Under the pieces are notes generated by a model. It was not told the DNA's origin and did no database searches. It saw only the letters and a list, made by a program, of their open reading frames with translations. Below are positions 24,101 through 35,647 of a stretch of DNA of 64,000 nucleotides, in pieces. Source of the DNA: Haliotis rubra (taxonomy: Eukaryota); assembly GCF_003918875.1 (NCBI RefSeq), contig NW_025766981.1, forward strand, positions 620,001-684,000, given 5' to 3'. The position numbers and the translations under genes were made by a program. Position 1 is the first letter of the stretch; each line of letters starts with the position of its first letter.

Positions 24101-26945
24101 ATGTCATTTCAGAAATGGATGTTAGACCGGATAAAAACGTTCCGATTTTACATCTTGCAAAACAGTATTCCAGTGAAAATGCAGAATAATCAAGCGAAAC
24201 AGAGGCACCTCTTGATGTTAAAATAATATTAAAAATAGACCATATGATTTGTCAGGAATATGACTTGTCAGCAACATGCGATACAGTCCAACCAGCGCAC
24301 CCACCCCTATAAATAAATTCTCAGTCCCTGAGAAAATATTTGTGTGAAATGTGATTGCAGTTCCTTTTGTGTCAAATGGGTGATTGCAGGGTGTCTGGGA
24401 TTTATAAAAAAGGATTATGCTTCAGACTGGGGAAGATAGAAATTATCTGCTACAAAAAATTATACTGGAATTATTTTGTTGATTAAAATTAGGATCCTTG
24501 TCCCCATTAATAACGTATCAAGCTTCCGTACAATATCCCAACCTGAGATAATATAAGCGACGCAGAACTAGTCAGGACAATGTATGTTTCCCCAGTTTTT
24601 GCTTATGTAAATAGTTATGGTGCTCGGTCATAACCTTAGAATGACATCTTGTCAGCCAATGAGAATACAGAACAACTTTCACGGCAAACACCACCGATAA
24701 GTAGCGAGTCTGATGCCGACGTGCGGAATTGGACAAAATAGAAAACAATGAATGTAACTAGCACTTCATGATTTACCGTTGTATTCGTAAATTTTTCGGG
24801 TTGACTGCAGCATTTATGGCTCCAAACCGGAACGAACGTTATAGCAAAACATTTTCAAGATTATGAGAAATCTCTTACTGATAATATATATATAGCGAAC
24901 TGCCCCAGCTACAAAATACCCCAGCAAATTTGGTCATTGATCCTAATTTGCTCACATTTTTTTTTTAAAATGATTAAATATATACATAAATGCATAGTTT
25001 TTTGTCAATTTGATATTATGTTCTTCTTATAAAAGTTATTACAAAGTAGTATTTCTGATAAATGTTTCATTAGTAAACTCATAGCTATATATTATATAAC
25101 TTTTATATGAAGAACATAACATCAAAGTTGACAAAAACTATGCATTTATGGCATATATTTAATCATACAAAATAAATTGGGCATTTTGACTACCCCCCCT
25201 AGGGCAATTTGACAAAATATCCGGGGCAATTTGACAAAATTTGCTGGGGCATTTTGTAGCTGGGGCAATTCGACTGGTACCCTATTTCATCGTCATCGGA
25301 CTTGATTTAATCTATGTTAAAAATAAGTTGTAAAAGTAAGTTGTGACATGGAATGATGTAGTATAAATAAATATCGTAGGTACTGCTTCCTTCTTCAGCC
25401 TAGATTTTAGATTTTCATACCCCATGTGTGCATGTCTCTTTTCATATGCGCCCGACTTGAAATGATCGGAACATTTCTCCTGCCTAACTTTGTCTTTTTA
25501 CTTGGAACACGAAAGAAATGGTTGCTCTTTCCATTGTTCAATGATGCCGTGCATCCCCAGGCAACCCAGGTTTTCTACCCCAAAATGCATGCCACTGAAC
25601 TGGAAGTGTGCACTGATAGCATCAAGTCCTGGATGACTATGCACAAGCTGAAACTAAATGACGGCAAAACGGAGGCTCTTCTTGCAGGAACTCTGCCTAA
25701 ACGGTTGGCTGCTGGTGTGAAGACTGTTCGAGTAGGAGACTCTGAGATTACAGTTTCGGAATGTGTCAGGAATCTTGGTGTGGTTTTCGACAACAATCTA
25801 TCAATGGATGATCACATATCTAAAATCTGTCACTCTTGCTATTTTCATCTAAGGAATATTGGTTCCATTAGAGATCTTCTCTCTACTGATATAGCATATA
25901 TGCTAGCAAGAACACTTGTATTGACAAGACTTGATTATGCAAATAGCTTGTTGGGAAATCTAACCCAGGAACAGTTTGCGAAACTCCAACGGGTCCAAAA
26001 CACTGCAGCAAGGATCGTGACCCGAACGAGAAAGTGTGCACATATAACACCAGTGCTAACTTCCCTACACTGGCTCCCAGTCCAAGCTCGAGTCCAAAAC
26101 AAGATTCTCACCTTGACATATAAATGTGTCAATCAAACAGCTCCTGCCTATCTGACAGAATTGATTGAGAAATATGAACCTTCTCTGTCACTATAGTCTG
26201 TTTGCAGTGAAAACGTACCGATGAATTTCACTTTAAGCAAAAAAGTAAATCAAATAAAGTGAAATTAAGATTGCGAATCCTCCTATTTTTACCTTGTTAA
26301 ATGAACATTTGAATCTCAGAATTTTATTCATCTTAGGATAAAAGTTGTTTAACAAACGATCATAGTTTCAAATCGCTATTATTGGTTTATATTACAAGGG
26401 GGTAAGCGCAGTAGTTGGAACACTGAAACAAATGCACGTGCGGTACGTGATGAGCGTTAATTTAGACCAACACTACCTTTTCTCGGTGTTTCATTTAATG
26501 TGCATACAACAAATGATGATGTCATATCCAATGTTGGCCTATACTTATATAATGTACAGACATTGATAAACTCCTGGACGTTGAGCTGCAAAGTTAAATT
26601 GCGCACCCACGAAATACACTGTCATCTGATTGTATTATGGGCGAAGGCCTCTTTACTGAATAAACACTGTCTGTTTGTGTGTCTGTTTCCAATTTAAACG
26701 ACTAATTAAGATTCCATCACATTTGCTATGATATATTATTAATCCTGCAAGGATAACCGCTATATGAATATTATAACCAATGGATATCCACGTGTTACAG
26801 GGTGTTCCTGTGTGTATCTCACCGCGTGGATGACACTGATGCCTCCACTGTCGTTGTCATCAACGAAGAAGACAGGAAACCGCAGCAACACCTCCCACGA
26901 GAAACCCATCCCGAACCGACAACGCTTCTTGGTGAACGCTTATGA
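18143..26945 (+). CDS. SLC46: SLC46-family transporter, copy 2 (496 aa if a +1 T in exon 3 is corrected)
   Basis: Exons 18143-19247, 19681-19764, 20423-20580 (158 nt; 6 T at 20533-20538 versus 5 in copy 3) and 26801-26945. Same motifs as copy 1 (GAYSDYLGRR, ASYAYTADNT, VRAIMSRM). Confidence 0.8.
19257..19490 (-). mobile_element. SINE family B (CTTGTCGTAAGAGGCGACTAA core) in intron 1 of copy 2
   Basis: Reverse complement of the consensus seen at 46609 and 63612. The same position is occupied in copy 3 (29826). Confidence 0.8.
20150..20340 (-). mobile_element. SINE family B (partial)
   Basis: AATATTCCAGCTATAT.GCGGCGGTCTGTAA..TTAGTCGTCTCTTA. Confidence 0.75.
20923..21168 (-). mobile_element. 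SINE family B
   Basis: Full consensus from the (GTGA)n tail to TTCACG. Confidence 0.85.
23819..24890. mobile_element. Probable Kolobok-like non-autonomous element (right end not found)
   Basis: The LINE is interrupted at TTAA followed by AGGAGAATACTAAC. I could not locate a matching right TIR. Confidence 0.35.
24896..25282. repeat. Palindromic MITE
   Basis: CGAACTGCCCCAGCTACAAAAT.CCCCAGCAAATT versus AATTTGCTGGGGCATTTTGTAGCTGGGGCAATTCG, plus inner inverted arms 24969-25040 / 25094-25166. Confidence 0.75.
25590..26196 (+). mobile_element. L2-clade LINE RT fragment
   Basis: LKLNDGKTE, VRNLGVVFD, TRLDYAN, QNTAARIV..HITPVL..LHWLPV. Confidence 0.9.
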
Positions 26946-27159
26946 TTGTTGGCGACCTAGAACAAGTCTTTGTCAAATCGCCATAGTTGTTGTAACATGC
27001 ATTAAAATTTAAATAAATTATTTTGAATATTAACACATTCACTTGTTCTATCCAATTACTTCATTATGGCGAAAATAGCATCATTTATATACATAATTTA
27101 TCTATATGGTATTGCTTAAATATACGATGGTGAGTGTTTGAAAAACGTTGTCATTCATG

Positions 27160-27336
27160 AGTGAATGAGCTTAGTTTTACGTCGGACTCAGCAATACCCC
27201 TGCCATATGGCGGTGGTCTGTAAATAATCGAGTCTGGACCAGACACTCCAGTGATCAACAGCATGAGCATCGATCCACGCAATTGGGATACGATGACATG
27301 TGTCAACCAAGTGAGCGAGCCTGACCACCCGATCCA
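27160..27336 (-). mobile_element. SINE family B (partial)
   Basis: Consensus match. A counterpart lies downstream of copy 3 at about 34040-34167. Confidence 0.8.
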
Positions 27337-27570
27337 CACAACGTTTTGGAGTTTATCCTTACTCCTTCACCAGGTGAAATTACTGCATTTAGAAGAGATA
27401 CACATAAGGACCGGAGTTTTATGGATGTGAACATTTTTATTCTGATGAGCACAACGTTTCGGATTAAATCCTTGCTTCTTCATCACCTGATGTTCATTGT
27501 AATAAAGAAGTTGACATCCATAAAACTCCCTTCTTTATGTGTATCGCTTCTAAACACCATTCAAAGACAT
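27337..27570. mobile_element. Penelope-like terminal-repeat remnant in inverted arrangement
   Basis: Inverted arms TTTAGAAGAGATACACATAAGG..GGAGTTTTATGGATGT / ACATCCATAAAACTCC..TTATGTGTATCGCTTCTAAA. Two CTGATGAAG..CCGAAACGTTG-like cores lie on the minus strand. Confidence 0.5.
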
Positions 27571-29825
27571 GTACGTAGCCTGTCCTCAAGCATTCAGTCA
27601 ATGTTATCAATAATGTACGGTATGTTAGTAGGTCACTAAACATGATGAGATTACACCTCCACTACGGTGTCAATATAGATATATGGATATAAACGGAACA
27701 AATCAAGTAGTTTTCATGACAATGGCAAACAGTATCTGCTCTCTACACGAACTTGTTTAAGGGATGAGTGGCTCTCTGAGTTGCAGCAGTACTGTCCAAA
27801 CACACAGTAGTCACTGAAACTATGTCTTGCTATCTGATCCATGCCCTCTGTAGAACCCATCGATAGGTTACTACACAGATTTTGAACTCCAACGGGGAGT
27901 TCATGTCGGATAAAGACCGACCACTAGTGTGATGGAAATTACGTTTCATTCCTCTTTTGACTGTTCTCTGTTATATTGTTTATGAAACATACTTTAAAAA
28001 TGTTCGTTTTGTGTGTGTTTTAAATTTGTAAAACAATCGTGTTCATCAAACTCTCTTCTCGGTGGTTGTCCACAAATGAATAGAGGTCTTGCCATTGTTA
28101 AGCACAGGCGCGTTCACAGGCGGTATTGATAAATATAACTTCCTGTCATATGACAAGCTGCTAAAACTGATAACAGCAGCTAGATACAGATAGATACATA
28201 TGGATCAATAAATGTTAAGCTTCATTCATATTTGTCAAAGAACTGTTGTCGTCGTATCACAACAGATCGATGCTCATGCCGTTGATTAATAGATTGTCTG
28301 GTCCAGACTCGATTATATACAGACCGAACACCAAACGAATCTAAACAACCAAATAAATGATTTAAGCATTTTCCAAAGCGTCCCTGTATTTCTACATCAC
28401 ATATCGTTTAAAATGGTATCTTTTTCGGTATATGTTTGATAGAAGCCAAAATGAAACAAAACAATGAATATTTGTAGGATGATATATTTGATACAGATAT
28501 GAAAGTGTGTTTGGACCGTAAGTTTGCTGTGTTTTGACGGCTCGTTGCAGCCCAGTAAACTTGATCATTCACCCTACGAGTCTAAATGGCTGTAGACTCG
28601 ATCATTATCACTGATGTCAGCGGCACGACGATAATAGAGGTCAAGGTACTATCAGAACACGAAGCTACAATCATGTGGTGTTGACAGTCACCTGTTTCTA
28701 TGATACAGACAAACATGGAGTCAACACCGCTACTAGAAAGAAAGGACGAAGATGACAACTCGAAGCTATGAAAATCTACTCAAGGCTAACTTTGTGTTTC
28801 TAGTGTTCCATTTGGCTGTCAATATCCGTAATCCGCTGTTGACACTGTATGTGTACAAGAGGTACTACGATGAGGAGTTCGACAACAGCATCAATACCCT
28901 GAATCAAACATCTAAGTGTTACGTCAATGAGTCGGACCCAGGATACCTGTTACAGGAAAGGGTTCAGGAAAAGACATCGGACTTTCAAACAATACTGACA
29001 GCCATTGGAAGTTCCTTAGCTGTAATTAGCTGTATGTTCCTGGGGGCCTATTCTGATTATCTTGGTCGACGATTCCTCTTTATAGTACCTTTAATTGGAG
29101 AGAGTATAAGGTATGCGTCTTTAACAATTGTTATTTACTGAAATCTAGATCTGAGATACATGTACATTGGTGAGGTGTTTGAAGGAATTACAGGGGGATA
29201 CAATGGTGTGATTCTGGCTAGCTATGCCTACACGGCTGACAATACACCACCCAAGAATTCCAGGACAATTGGCCTCGCTGTGATAGATTTCACCACCTAC
29301 CTGGCAGCCGCAGCTTCCTCAGCGAGTACTGGATACTTCATCAATTACACAGGATTCCTTTATCCCTCAGTGACTACCTTATCAATCATGCTTCTCTCTG
29401 TGCTCTTTGTCATTGTTCTTCTCCCAGAAAGTATCAACACAGATAGAAAATCCCAATATCCATCTCCGGTGAAGGCGGTGAAAAATGTCTTTGGATTTTA
29501 TTTTTCAAAAGATTTTGGACCAAAGAGAGGTCTTTTCTGGCTTATACTTGCATCATATTTTCTATCAAGTTCCTGCTGGGCAGGAGTGTCCATTATTTGA
29601 TATCTTTTTCAACTAAACCTGCCTTTCTGTTGGGGTCCAGAGCTCATCGGGTATTTCAATATGGCGATGTGCCTTGGAATGCAATTGCTGGGGATTCCAG
29701 TCATCAAACTTCTCCACCTGTGCACCTCAGACCCAGTAATAGGTATCATAACAGCTTTCATACAGGCAGGAGCATATGCCCTTATCGGCCTGGCCAGCAC
29801 GGATTTTATGCTTTTCTCATGTAAG

Positions 29826-30055
29826 TTGGTTGGTTGGTTTGTTGTTTAACGCCGGACTCGGCAATATTCCAGCTGTATGGCGGTGGTCTGTAAATAATCG
29901 AGTCTGGACCAGACAATCCAGTGATCAACATCATGAGCATTGATCTACACAATTGGGATACTATGACATGTGTCAACCAAATCAGCAAGCCTGACCATCC
30001 GATTCCATTAGTCGCCTCTTAGTCGCATCGGTTGCTGAAGACCCATTCTAACCCT
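29826..30055 (-). mobile_element. SINE family B in intron 1 of copy 3
   Basis: Consensus match at the same position as in copy 2. Confidence 0.8.
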
Positions 30056-31280
30056 TTTACCATGTATGTGATCATGACAGTCTTTTAAGTGATATTCTAC
30101 ACTTCAACTAGTTGGCATATTTTTTGACAAAAGCAAAGACATTCATATCACAACGTATATAAACATGTGTTTGCCTGTATAAGATGTATTTTTTAATTCT
30201 TGCGCAAATTATTTGGTGTGACATATGAGACAATATTATCAGTGTCTGCTATTACTGTCGGGAGTCTTTGTTGTAGTTGTGGTGCCCAATGATGTTGCTT
30301 CTCCGTTCCTGCCGACGGTGCGAGCAATCATGTCGATGGATGGCTCCTCCTGAAATGCAGGGTGAGTACACTGACAGACGCTCAAGGACGGGGTCATCCA
30401 CGTCTTTTCTGGCGTTAGTCATGAATTAAAGTGTAACATTCAAGGACACTCATTTCAGCGTGATCAAATCAGAACAGGACTTGAGAACAGTTAACTTAAT
30501 TGAAAAACAGGAAATGATCCCGAAAACCATCTCAGGAAGCAAGGGTGTTGGTATTACATTATTAACTAGCTTTGAAGACAGGAGGCTCTCACTGAATCTG
30601 ACAATGAGATTGATTTAACCACATTTATCGTGCATAGGTTCCTTAACTTGTTTTAATAGCCTCTGAGCAGTGATATGTTATATGTTAATGCATGTAACAT
30701 GCACAACGGAAGCCTGGAAAGAACTATTTCTTCCAAGGTTACTGCATTAATGACAATATACATGCATATCTGACAACAACCATAGGATTCTGGTAGGCAC
30801 CTCGGTCCCCAGAAGCCCATGCTTACCGTATGAGACGAGCATGTGGATTGGGTGGTCAGGCTTGGCAACTTGGTGATTGCTTGTCATCATATCGTATTGG
30901 TGTGGATCGATGGTCAATCAGATGATTGTGTGGTTAAGACTCGACTAATTGTAAATCGCCGTTTTCCAACAGGAATATTGCTGGGTGATTCGTTAAACAA
31001 AAAAATCTCAAATACTAACTGAATACTTCTTCTAAAATTCCAATTCGTCAGTGTATGTTTCGTAATAATAGAATGACGTCATTCGATGTTTGAAGAGTGT
31101 GCCTATACGATGCAAGAAAACGGGACGGGTTGTCAAGCTCGGTTAGACTGTTGAAAGTGCAATACCTTGTTTAGGTGGTACGTTCTATATCATTTCAATC
31201 CACTGGTCCAGGTTGAACTATTTACACGCTACTGTCATATATTTGGAGGCTTGCTGAATAAAAACTGTATGGTGTATGAT

Positions 31281-31502
31281 ACCCGTGAAGATCCGGGTTA
31301 GAAGTGGTCTTCCGCAAGCCATGTTTGTCATTAAGCGACTAACAGGATCTGGTGGTCAGGCTCGCGGACTTGGTTGACACATGTCATCGTATCCCAATTG
31401 CGTCAATCGATGTTCCTCCTATTGATCCCTGGATTGTCTGGTTCAGACTCGATTATCCAGGCCGCCGCCACATAGCTGGAATGTTTCTGCTTGCGGCGTT
31501 AG
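31281..31502 (+). mobile_element. SINE family B
   Basis: ACCCGTGAAGATCCGGGTTAGAA..GCGGCGTT. Confidence 0.75.
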
Positions 31503-31777
31503 TAACTGAAGAGCAATTTACTTCACCCTTGAGTGAGTGAGTGAGTGTGTGAGTGAGGTAATATCTTAGCCATATCGTGATGGTAAAATATGAAAACCTG
31601 TCAGCGATGGACAGTAAAATAGCTAGAGTATCACAGATATGAATTTAAAACTAGTAATTAACTCTAAAACAGTTTAACTATGAGTAAATATGAGCTAACA
31701 TTAATATTTTTTAACTTTTCTAATGGGAAATTGAATGGTATTACGTATATGACATTTTGAATACGTTTCCAATGTTA

Positions 31778-31890
31778 AGAATAAGTAGGTAATATTATGA
31801 ATAAGTAGGTAATATTATGAATAAGTAGGTAATAGTATGAATAAGTAGGTAATAGTATGAATAAGTAGGTATTATTATGAATAAGTATTA
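31778..31890. repeat. 20-bp tandem repeat (about 5.5 copies)
   Basis: GAATAAGTAGGTAATATTAT units. There is a single unit at the paralogous site in copy 2 (about 20348). Confidence 0.9.
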
Positions 31891-32130
31891 ACATTATCAA
31901 TACATATGGAATACTGTGAATACGTATGTAATATCTGAACGTTATTTGCCAGGTTCTCTGTTTGCCGGTATTGGACTTGTGAACATCATCTCTGGGAACC
32001 TAGGGATGACAGCTTTCAACGAGATCTATAATGCCACTGTGGAGATGCTTCGTGGCTTCGCCTTTTTCGCCTGTGCGGGATTCCAGTTCTTGTCAGGAGT
32101 GGTAATAGTGTGAGTACACACCATAATCTA

Positions 32131-32260
32131 AGGTAGCCAAGTGGATAAAGCGTCCGCTTGTCAAGCCGAAGTCCCGGGTTCCATTCCTCACATGGGTACA
32201 ATGTGTGAAGCCCATTTCTGTTGTCTCCCGCCGTGATATTGTTGGAACTCACTCGCTCGC
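32131..32260 (+). mobile_element. SINE family A (partial)
   Basis: GGTAGCCAAGTGGATAAAGCG..CACATGGGTACAATGTGTGAAGCCC. Confidence 0.75.
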
Positions 32261-32359
32261 TTCTTTATGCCATTGTTTTTACACTTGACATCTAATACGT
32301 AATGTTGCTTTCACTTTTATTTGGTATCAGCTGCTATTAAATTATCGACATGGTAGCTA

Positions 32360-32779
32360 CAGTCGAACCCCAATGTCTCGAACTATTTTGAGTCGAATTC
32401 TCGTTGTGTCGAACTCATCTCGGTTCCTGTCGATTTCCTTATTTATCATTATTTTGACCCTGTCTCGTACTAGATGTGTCAAATTCCCAGTTATGTCGAA
32501 CTCATTTCAGTTTTTTAAATTACATATATTCTTATCGTTTTGTATGCATATTTATTTGTCAGGAAGAATAAAGTGATTGAATTAATTTATATTTTTTATA
32601 TATTTCAAGTTAATGATCAGTACTGCAGTAAACGTTTATTACAAAGATGTATTGTTCGTATGTATAGCCTACTATAGAAAAACGATGCTGTAAGCACTTT
32701 GCTGACGGATGTGTCGAACACTCGGATAAGTCGAACTTTCCCCTTGGTCCCGTCGAGTTCGACACAGCGGGTTTGACTG
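32360..32779. mobile_element. pogo/Tigger-like MITE
   Basis: TA-CAGTCGAACCCC..GTCTCGAACT / AGTTCGACACAGCGGGTTTGACTG-TA, with repeated TGTCGAACT subterminal motifs. Confidence 0.8.
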
Positions 32780-33140
32780 TATATTTTCTCCATGAAATGT
32801 CAATAGTTGCGGGTCTATTTTATGTAACGTCTGACCTATTGACCGATTTGTTGGACACAGCTGTGTCATTATTGAGGTACTGTCAGAACATACAATTAAG
32901 TAACTCTTCATTTACATGTATCGGAGATTTGTTAAATCGATTTAACTGAGATGATGCTATGAAACAATTTGAATTGTGAACATACAGAAAAGGCCAAATG
33001 AATACAGACAACCATCATGCTGCCAGACATTTATATGTTCTATATTTGTATTAACTATATCCAACGTGTGTTTAAACTATACCCAACTAACTTCACAACA
33101 CAATATCACGATCTCATTGACGATTTCCTTCTATCATATA

Positions 33141-33437
33141 CCATGCAGGTAGCAAAAGTACTGTAAGTCCCCATGGTCCTTAAGTTGGTGATCTACCTTC
33201 AGTTGTTGGCGATCTATAGCCAGTTTTAATATTTTATTGTCCAAATGGTGCTATTAGTTTTAATTTTCCACACTAGTTTTAGTTGTAATTGTGATATTCT
33301 AGTTGTTTTACTGTCCTTCGTCGGCAGGTTTTATAATATACATCTTTTCCATTTCAATGTGACATATGTCCTCGTCACGATACGGCTGTAATATTGCCGA
33401 TGTGACGTTAAATAATAACTCACTCACTCACTCACTA
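33141..33437 (+). mobile_element. 5'-truncated LINE 3' end (I/Nimb-like tail) with TSD
   Basis: Ends GTCACGATACGGCTGTAATATTGCCGATGTGACGTTAAATAATAA(CTCA)n with TSD CTATCATATA. The empty site is in copy 2 (about 21360). Further copies are at 54968 and 63122. Confidence 0.7.
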
Positions 33438-34243
33438 CTATCATATATGAGATAAAAGTGGCTTACGCGAAGATGAAGGTAACTTCTACGTATACATCAT
33501 AATCTACGTAGAGGACAAAACAACTTAGACTGTTTCTCTTTCAGCCGTTTGCAATTTAAACGCATTACTACGTACAGGAGAAACGACTGATTAAGAATCC
33601 ATCACATTTGCTATGATATATTACTAATCCTGCAAGGATAACCGCTATATGAATATTATAACCAATGGATATCCACGTGTTACAGGGTGTTCCTGTGTGT
33701 ATCTCACCGCGTGGTCGACACTGATGCCTCCACTGTTGTTGTCATCAACGAAGAAGACAGGACACCTGATCCCATCATCTCCCACGACAAACAAATCTCC
33801 GAAACGACGACGTAACGTCCCTGGTGAACGTTTATGACTGCTGACGACCTAAACCATGTTATTGTCATAACTGTCGTAACATACATGTAATAAATTATTA
33901 TTGATATGAACGCATTCACTTGTTCTTTGCAATTGCTTGATTATGGCAAAATTAGGATAATTTATATGCAGAATTAATCTATATGGTATTGCTTAAATAT
34001 ACGATGGTGAATGTTTGAAAAACGTTGTTATTCATGAATGAGTAAGTCCAGTTTTACGCCGCACTCAGCAATACCCGAGCTATATGGCGGTGGTCTGTAA
34101 ATAATCGAGTCTGGACCAGACAATCCAGTGATCAACAGCATGAGCATCGATCTACGCAACTGGGATATACCCCTGTTATACAGCAATGGTTTAATATGCA
34201 ATACCCCTGCTATATGGCAGCGGTATGTAAATGGCATGTAGAG

Positions 34244-34603
34244 GTGAGGTGAGGTGAGGTGAAATTGGGTTTAACTTCGTGCTTGAGAATATTTCGCTCA
34301 TATGACGACGTGCATGCGTGTGTAAGTGTATGTGAGGCTGCTTGTACTAGCCCAGACTGAAGCTGGTTTTATAGTGCTAGCCCATGAAATACCATGCCGC
34401 AGTGAAGCATGAATACCCCACTCAGACACATTATACTGACTCCGAGCCGACCAGTCCTTGTTGTACCCATTAATGCCGAGCGCCAGGCAGGGACCAACAA
34501 GTACCATATTTTAACGTCTTTTGGTATGACGCGGTCGGGGATCGAACCGGCGACCTTCCTCTCTCCGGGCGGACGCTCTAACTACTACACCACGGAGGCG
34601 GTC
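34244..34603 (-). mobile_element. tRNA-derived V-SINE-like (RUDI-like) element
   Basis: Head ACCGCCTCCGTGGTGTAGT..GGTTCGATCCCCG, body GGACTGGTCGGCTCGGAGTCAGTATAATGTGTCTGAGTGG, (CACCT)n tail, TSD AAATGGCAT.TAGA. Confidence 0.75.
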
Positions 34604-35647
34604 AAATGGCATTTAGAAGTGATACACATAAGATAGGGAGTTTTATGGATGTTTAAGGGATGAATGACGCTTTGAGTTGCAGCAGAAATATTCAAACGCA
34701 CAGTAGCGAATGAAACTATTTCTTGAGAGAATGCCCTCTGATCCATGCTCTCTGTAGTACCCATCGATAGGGTACTACACAGACCTGGAACTCCAACGGG
34801 ATGTTCAGGTCTGTTAAAGACCGACCACAAGTGTGTTGGAAATTGCTACGCTTCATTCCCCTTCTGACAGTTATCTGTTATATGGTTTATGAAATATACT
34901 TTTAAGAATATCCGATTTGTGCCTTTTCAGTTTTTAAAACAATCTGCTTCATCAAAGTCTCTTCTCGGTGGTGGTCCCAGAATGAATGTAGCACTTGACA
35001 TCATTAAGGACGAGTTGACAGGTGGCATTGATAAACATAACCTCCTGACGTATGGGAAGCTGGTAAAACGAATAACACTGATAATTTTAGGCTGCATTCA
35101 TATTTGACGAAGGTCTGTTAAAAATATACTTGAATTTTTTACAAAGCAATCCTATATCATTTATTGTTTGATATGGTCTCTCATTTTATTTCTGCATATG
35201 TTTGTTGGTAGTCAAAACAAATTAAACTAACAAGACATGAATATGCAGTAGCAATGTACTGGATACGGAAGTTTTGGATCTCAAATTTGCAGTGTTTCGA
35301 CGACTTTTTGCAGCCAAGTAAACTTGATCAAGTTTATAATGTTTAGGTAAAATTACAGTTACAATCATGGCACTGTGGACTAATTTAAATTTATTTTATT
35401 CAATGAATATGTTGATGATTTGCTGAAGTGCACAAGGTATGTCTGACCAGTGTTATATAACAGCGATGGTGTGATCTGGACTCACTCTGTGTCCGCCAAC
35501 GCAGGTTGATCTTGTGGTCACAATCCACGCTGGTGTCTATCACCGAGTAAACAATTTTTATATGACAGAGGGTTCAAACGTCAAGGCTGCAGATATGTAC
35601 TATCGAGAAGCCAGCTGTGCACACGGCTCTAAGTATACCGAACAAAC

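Larger units (their letters stand above)
21456..26684 (+). mobile_element. Degenerate APE/RT LINE (RTE-X-like) in intron 3 of copy 2, with nested insertions (23819-26196)
   Basis: EN motifs YLSPENSP and LLCGDHNAR. RT motifs NYRGISL, FYCLFVGFAKAFD, GTRQGCILSP and LMFADD. C-terminal C..DEFHF near 26200, then AATAAA and a (CTGT)n tail. Absent from the paralogous intron of copy 3. Confidence 0.8.
28715..33815 (+). pseudogene. SLC46: SLC46-family copy 3, pseudogene (recent duplicate of copy 2)
   Basis: Exons 28715-29820, 30277-30361, 31953-32109 and 33686-33815. Lesions: stop plus frameshift after codon 18, TGG>TGA at 29139-29141, TGA at 29598-29600, and +1 nt in exon 2. Confidence 0.9.
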
